From contig JBBRAY010000014.1 in the NCBI GenBank assembly GCA_038206355.1, positions 6,852-70,851 of the forward strand: 64,000 nucleotides of DNA, in the 5' to 3' direction. The translations under genes and the position numbers were made by a program. The DNA comes from Bacteroidia bacterium (GTDB taxonomy: Bacteria; Bacteroidota; Bacteroidia; AKYH767-A; 2013-40CM-41-45). Every line of letters begins with the position of its first letter. Positions within the stretch are counted from its first letter, which is position 1. This document shows, piece after piece, positions 59,932 to 64,000 of the stretch. The notes under the pieces are model-generated. The model saw only the letters and a program-made list of their open reading frames with translations, searched no databases and had not been told where the DNA came from.

Positions 59932-60075
59932 TTAATTTGTATGAATAAGCAATAGTTGCGAATTTTCGAAAAACGAATCTCAATAATTGCATTCCGAAAA
60001 CACAAATGTACCGTATTCGCGATTTGTAAATTCGTAATCTTTCACTATTCGTGCAAATAAAAACCGGTGATATAA

Positions 60076-60196
60076 GTCAAGGCAAACTTACGGCACCGGT
60101 TCGAAAAATTGGAATTTATGGATCGAAAAAATTTATTTTGGATATCAGTAAGTGCCACAAGCACTGTTAAAAGTTGCACTGCCTGAGAAATATTGT
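60076..60196. repeat. motif-pair unit A: hairpin with CAAGGCAAA loop plus CAGTAAGTGCCA...AAAAGTTGCAC element
   Basis: gtcaaggcaaacttacggcac inside the imperfect inverted repeat accggtg...caccggt. Downstream cagtaagtgccacaagcactgttaaaagttgcactgcc. Confidence 0.4.
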
Positions 60197-60317
60197 TTAA
60201 GTGGGAATTTCGAATTACTCTTTTCGTTATTTGTATAATTGATCACCGCCGGCGTAATTGGTAATTCGATGGGGTATAAAACATTAATTAAAGCCGGAAG
60301 CTAAAAGACAAAAAAAA

Positions 60318-60500
60318 GTGCTGTAAGACAAGGCAAGCTTACAGCACTAATTTTTAAAATGATTCACCTGCGAGAAAAACGTTAGTGGGAAATTTAAACT
60401 CAACTAAGTAATAATTCAATTCTAAAGTTTTACCTAAATTCTACAGTAAGTGCCATTCGACCCCTAAAAAGTTGCACGCAGGTGAAAATATTTTTTAATC
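60318..60500. repeat. motif-pair unit B: perfect 10-bp-stem hairpin with CAAGGCAAG loop plus CAGTAAGTGCCA...AAAAGTTGCAC element
   Basis: gtgctgtaag-acaaggcaag-cttacagcac (perfect stem). Downstream cagtaagtgccattcgacccctaaaaagttgcacgcagg. Confidence 0.45.
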
Positions 60501-60517
60501 GTTGATTTTATGCTGAA

Positions 60518-61453
60518 TTATCGATTTTTTGGAGCATATTGAATGCCCCATTGCCGCAAATAATCCTCCAGGGGTGCTAACCCCATTTCCTGTCGTCGCA
60601 GATTAACACCCGATTCATTGTCGATCGGATAGAGTTCATAAGTTCCCTTTTCGGAGTTAAATTTTACCTGGCTGCCATAGCGCTGATTTTTCCCCTCATC
60701 AAGCAGAATTCGGTCTTCCAAAAGCACCAGCTCACTTGACGCCGCCTTCCCTCTTTCAGTTGCATCCCTCATCTGTGGTAAATATTTTTTTCTGGTTGAT
60801 GGATCTGAATGCTGAATAACAAGAAACAAAGCCTGATTTCCTTTTCTCCCCACATCATCAATGCCCAGCCAGCCGAATTTATCCAGCAGCTGTGTAACAC
60901 GGGACAAGTTCTTTTTATCGAATGACTGGATTGTTTTATAAAGGGAATCAAGGCGCGGAGAGTTTTTTTCATTAACTTTTTCTGCGCTGTCAACCATCAG
61001 TCGGTATTTCTGATCGTCATTAAAAATACGTTCCAGCTCTTCTGCCAATGGTTTATTCAGATGAGATTCGAGTTCGGCTTTATTCTTCCTTACTTTATTC
61101 ACGAGCGTATTCCACCGCGTATCTGAGTGAAGATCTGACAAATCAGAATCAGTGATGAGGAAATCATATTCACTCCATCCCCCTTTATCTGCGATGCGAA
61201 AAAGATTGTAAAATGAAGAATCAATATTTCCTGCCCGCGCATAAGTACAGGCGGCTTTGTACCGGTCGTTCACCAACCCCTTTCCTTTAAAAGCAAGAAA
61301 TGCTGAATTATAAGTGGCAGCCGCTTCTTTGAAATTTTTCTCCCTGTGTAAGGAATCAGCAACGGATACTAAATGAAAGTAAATGGCTGGAGGATGTTGA
61401 CAATATGCAAACGGAGTTGTAAAGTATAAACAGAGGAGAATTATTTTTTTCAT
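60518..61453 (-). CDS. hypothetical secreted protein (TPR-like N-terminal region)
   Basis: Signal peptide. No enzymatic motif. C-terminal LRRQEMGLAPLEDYL-type segment. Confidence 0.45.
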   Translation of the reverse strand: MKKIILLCLYFTTPFAYCQHPPAIYFHLVSVADSLHREKNFKEAAATYNSAFLAFKGKGLVNDRYKAACTYARAGNIDSSFYNLFRIADKGGWSEYDFLITDSDLSDLHSDTRWNTLVNKVRKNKAELESHLNKPLAEELERIFNDDQKYRLMVDSAEKVNEKNSPRLDSLYKTIQSFDKKNLSRVTQLLDKFGWLGIDDVGRKGNQALFLVIQHSDPSTRKKYLPQMRDATERGKAASSELVLLEDRILLDEGKNQRYGSQVKFNSEKGTYELYPIDNESGVNLRRQEMGLAPLEDYLRQWGIQYAPKNR

Positions 61454-61608
61454 TGATACAAACCTACATGATTTTTTCTAAAAAAATGCCCGATAGCTAA
61501 AAATCCCGCCCTGATAAATATCAACCGTGAAGCTGTGGCATTCGAAATAATTTTGGAATTGCCTGAGACAAATACCGCAGAACACGCACAGATTCATACC
61601 TTTGTACA

Positions 61609-62106
61609 ATGCATAAAGCAATCATTGGCGGAAAGGAGTTCCGTGTTGAATCATCCTCAAAAAGTAAAACGATCAACGAAAAATTATTTGATGCTGATAT
61701 CATTGAAATCAGAAAAGGCAAATTTCACATCCTGAGAAATAACCATTCTTATTCCGGCGAGATCGTTGAAATAAATACGGAGGAAAAAATGGTTACAGTT
61801 AAAATAAATCATTCCATTTACCATGTTACGGTAAAGGATAAATATGATGAAATGCTACATGACCTCGGACTGGACAACAACAATTCAAAACAGGCCGGTG
61901 ACATCAAAGCACCCATGCCGGGGTTGGTTTTAAATGTAATGGTTGAGCCCGGCCAAAAAATTCAGAAAGGTGATGCACTCATCGTTCTTGAAGCAATGAA
62001 AATGGAAAATATATTGAAAGCATCAGCAGATGGAGAGGTGAAGAAGATACACGTTAAGAAAGGTGATAAGGTTGAGAAAAATCAGATAATGGTGAAGGTG
62101 GAGTAA
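61609..62106 (+). CDS. biotin/lipoyl-attachment domain protein (BCCP-like)
   Basis: Canonical biotinylation motif EAMKMEN within the C-terminal ~70-aa hybrid-barrel domain. Confidence 0.7.
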   Translation: MHKAIIGGKEFRVESSSKSKTINEKLFDADIIEIRKGKFHILRNNHSYSGEIVEINTEEKMVTVKINHSIYHVTVKDKYDEMLHDLGLDNNNSKQAGDIKAPMPGLVLNVMVEPGQKIQKGDALIVLEAMKMENILKASADGEVKKIHVKKGDKVEKNQIMVKVE

Positions 62107-62257
62107 GGTTACGTTTTAACACAAAATTTTCCCGTTCATTTTTTTACCATTACACAACTTTTTCAACCATAAAAAGTTTAACACTTTTTATACCATACAT
62201 TACCGTTTCGCAAACAATTCGTTTACCTGATTAATAATGTCCTCCATTCATTTCCTA

Positions 62258-64000
62258 TGATTAGAAATTTATTTTTATTTATTTTTTGTTTGCTGATTCA
62301 ATATGCTTCTTTCAGCCAGACATATACCGGAACCGGCGGCTCGATCACCCAGGTAGTGGATACTTCAAGGTTTAATATTGTTGTCAGTGGGTTGTCGCCG
62401 GCCAACATTGACAATAATTTCGGACTCATTTCTGTTACCATCAATATTACGCATACAGCAGACAGAGACATTGATTGTTTCATTGCATCCCCGGACGGGT
62501 CCAGGATTGAACTCACAACCGATAATGGCGGTACAGGAGACAATTATACAAATACCATTTTCCGCTTTGATGCAGCCACATCAATCACGGCAGGCTCAGC
62601 ACCATTTAACGGGACCTACAGACCGGAAGGCGATATATGGCGGCTGAACAACGGGCAAAATGGAAATGGTACCTGGCAATTGCGTGTGATTGATGATGCC
62701 ATTAATACAAGTACAGGTTCTGTAATTAGCTGGAGTGTGACCTTTGGTGCAAATCCTCCGCACCCTTTTATGCTTACTGAATCCAACCTTCCTATTTTAA
62801 TAATCAACACCAACGGACAAACGATTCCTGATAACCCGAAAATAATCTGTGACATGGCATTGATTGATAACGGCCAGGGAAACCGAAATCACATAACAGA
62901 TCCATCCAATGCTTACAACGGAAAAATAGCAATTGAAATTCGTGGGTCCAGTTCACAGGGATTTCCAAAAAAATCTTATGGATTTGAAACCAGAAATACT
63001 GTCAATACTACCTTAAAAAATGATGTTTCACTGCTCGGGATGCCTGCCGAACACGACTGGGTGCTTAGTGCAAATTATACTGATAAGTCATTCCTTCACA
63101 ACTTCATGACTTATCAGCTACAGAATGAATTCGGTCACTGGGCACCACATTGTAAATTCGTAGACGTAATTCTCAATGGTCAGTACTGGGGAATCTATGT
63201 GCTGATGGAAAGTATTAAACGCGATGACGGTCGTGTAAAAATGAGTAACCTCCATCCTTATGAGAATACCTATCCTGATATTTCAGGTGGCTACATTATT
63301 AAGATTGATAAAACTACCGGAGCCGGAGGTAGTGGATGGACCTCGCCTTATCCGCCGGCGAATCATCCCAACGGACAAACTATTTTTTACCAGTATGAAG
63401 AGCCTTCACAGGACAGCATAACTGCTCAACAACGCGCTTATATTCAGGCTTACGTTGATAGTTTTGAAAGTTCGCTCAATGGTCCTAATTATATGGATAG
63501 CACTTTGGGTTATGCGCGATACATCGGAGACGGATCATTTGTAGATTTTTTTATAAGCAATGAGGTGAGCAAAAATGTAGACGGCTACCGACTAAGTACA
63601 TACCTACATAAGGACAAAGAGAAAACGTTAAAGGCAGGGCCGGTTTGGGATTTTGATATCGCCTATGGAAATGCGAATTATTGCGGAGGAGACGATACAC
63701 TGAACTGGGCCTACCAGTTTCCTTGTACGGGAGATGGATTTCAAATACCGTTCTGGTGGCAGCGGATGATGACTGACAGTAATTTTACCAATCAGTTGAA
63801 ATGCCGCTGGGTTTCTTTGCGCCAGACAACCTTGTCGCAGACACATCTTTATTCAGTGATTGACTCAGTTGCAAACTACCTGAATGAATCACAGGCGTGG
63901 AACTTTAATGTGTGGCCTATTCTCGGAGTTTATGTATGGCCGAATGTACCGCCCTATCCTTCAACTTATGCAGGAGAAATTGCCAATCTGAAGCAATGGC
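62258..64000 (+). CDS. CotH-kinase-family protein with N-terminal proprotein-convertase P-domain (5' partial; runs off window end)
   Basis: Read by eye: 581 codons with no stop from ATG 62258 to the window edge. The ORF is absent from the supplied track, presumably because it is unterminated. Signal peptide present. P-domain-like region (ISVTININHTADRDIDCFIASPDGSRIELT...GTWQLRVIDD). CotH-like core. Confidence 0.5.

Noticed and set aside
60085-60105. cggttcgaaaa, resembling a tRNA T-arm (GGTTCGAATCC)
   Set aside because: No full T-loop consensus and no flanking acceptor, D or anticodon stems. It is part of the imperfect accggtg...caccggt hairpin instead.

Overview
This window looks like chromosomal DNA from a Bacteroidota genome. 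The lineage call is an inference: at least 13 predicted proteins end in a T9SS/Por-type C-terminal sorting domain (CTD), and the housekeeping genes are of the Bacteroidetes type. Housekeeping blocks are dut, a TPR–DUF4292–M23 envelope cluster, purF, nuoL-nuoM-nuoN, prs–rplY–pth, a dual-NBD ABC ATPase, a DEAD-box helicase, polA and a LytS/LytTR two-component system. These are interleaved with dense arrays of large secreted T9SS cargo genes (FG-GAP/VCBS, BNR/Asp-box, beta-helix, PKD, MAM-like, lamin-tail-domain and propeller-repeat proteins, and a 5-haem cytochrome c). Several genes in the ORF track open on TTG and were re-anchored to the nearest plausible ATG where signal-peptide logic supported it. 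No tRNA, rRNA, CRISPR array, integrase or transposase was recognised. The most unusual region is 47–51.5 kb, where two toxin–antitoxin-like modules sit among T9SS cargo paralogs. One is an AbiEii-like nucleotidyltransferase with a 4-bp-overlapping small partner. The other is a UPF0175 antitoxin with a DUF3368 PIN-like toxin, and that cassette is bracketed by a ~400-bp direct duplication of the 3' CTD-coding end of the neighbouring T9SS gene, leaving a truncated CTD-only pseudogene. Other points of interest: a multihaem cytochrome c fused to a T9SS CTD, nuoLMN without the rest of the nuo operon nearby, an HExxH membrane protein inserted in a conserved envelope cluster, and several repeat- or hairpin-rich non-coding regions (15.2–15.9 kb, 5.1–5.4 kb, 59.7–60.5 kb). 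An 18-bp perfect palindrome recurs at three sites. All functional calls are motif-level readings by eye; no database search was run.
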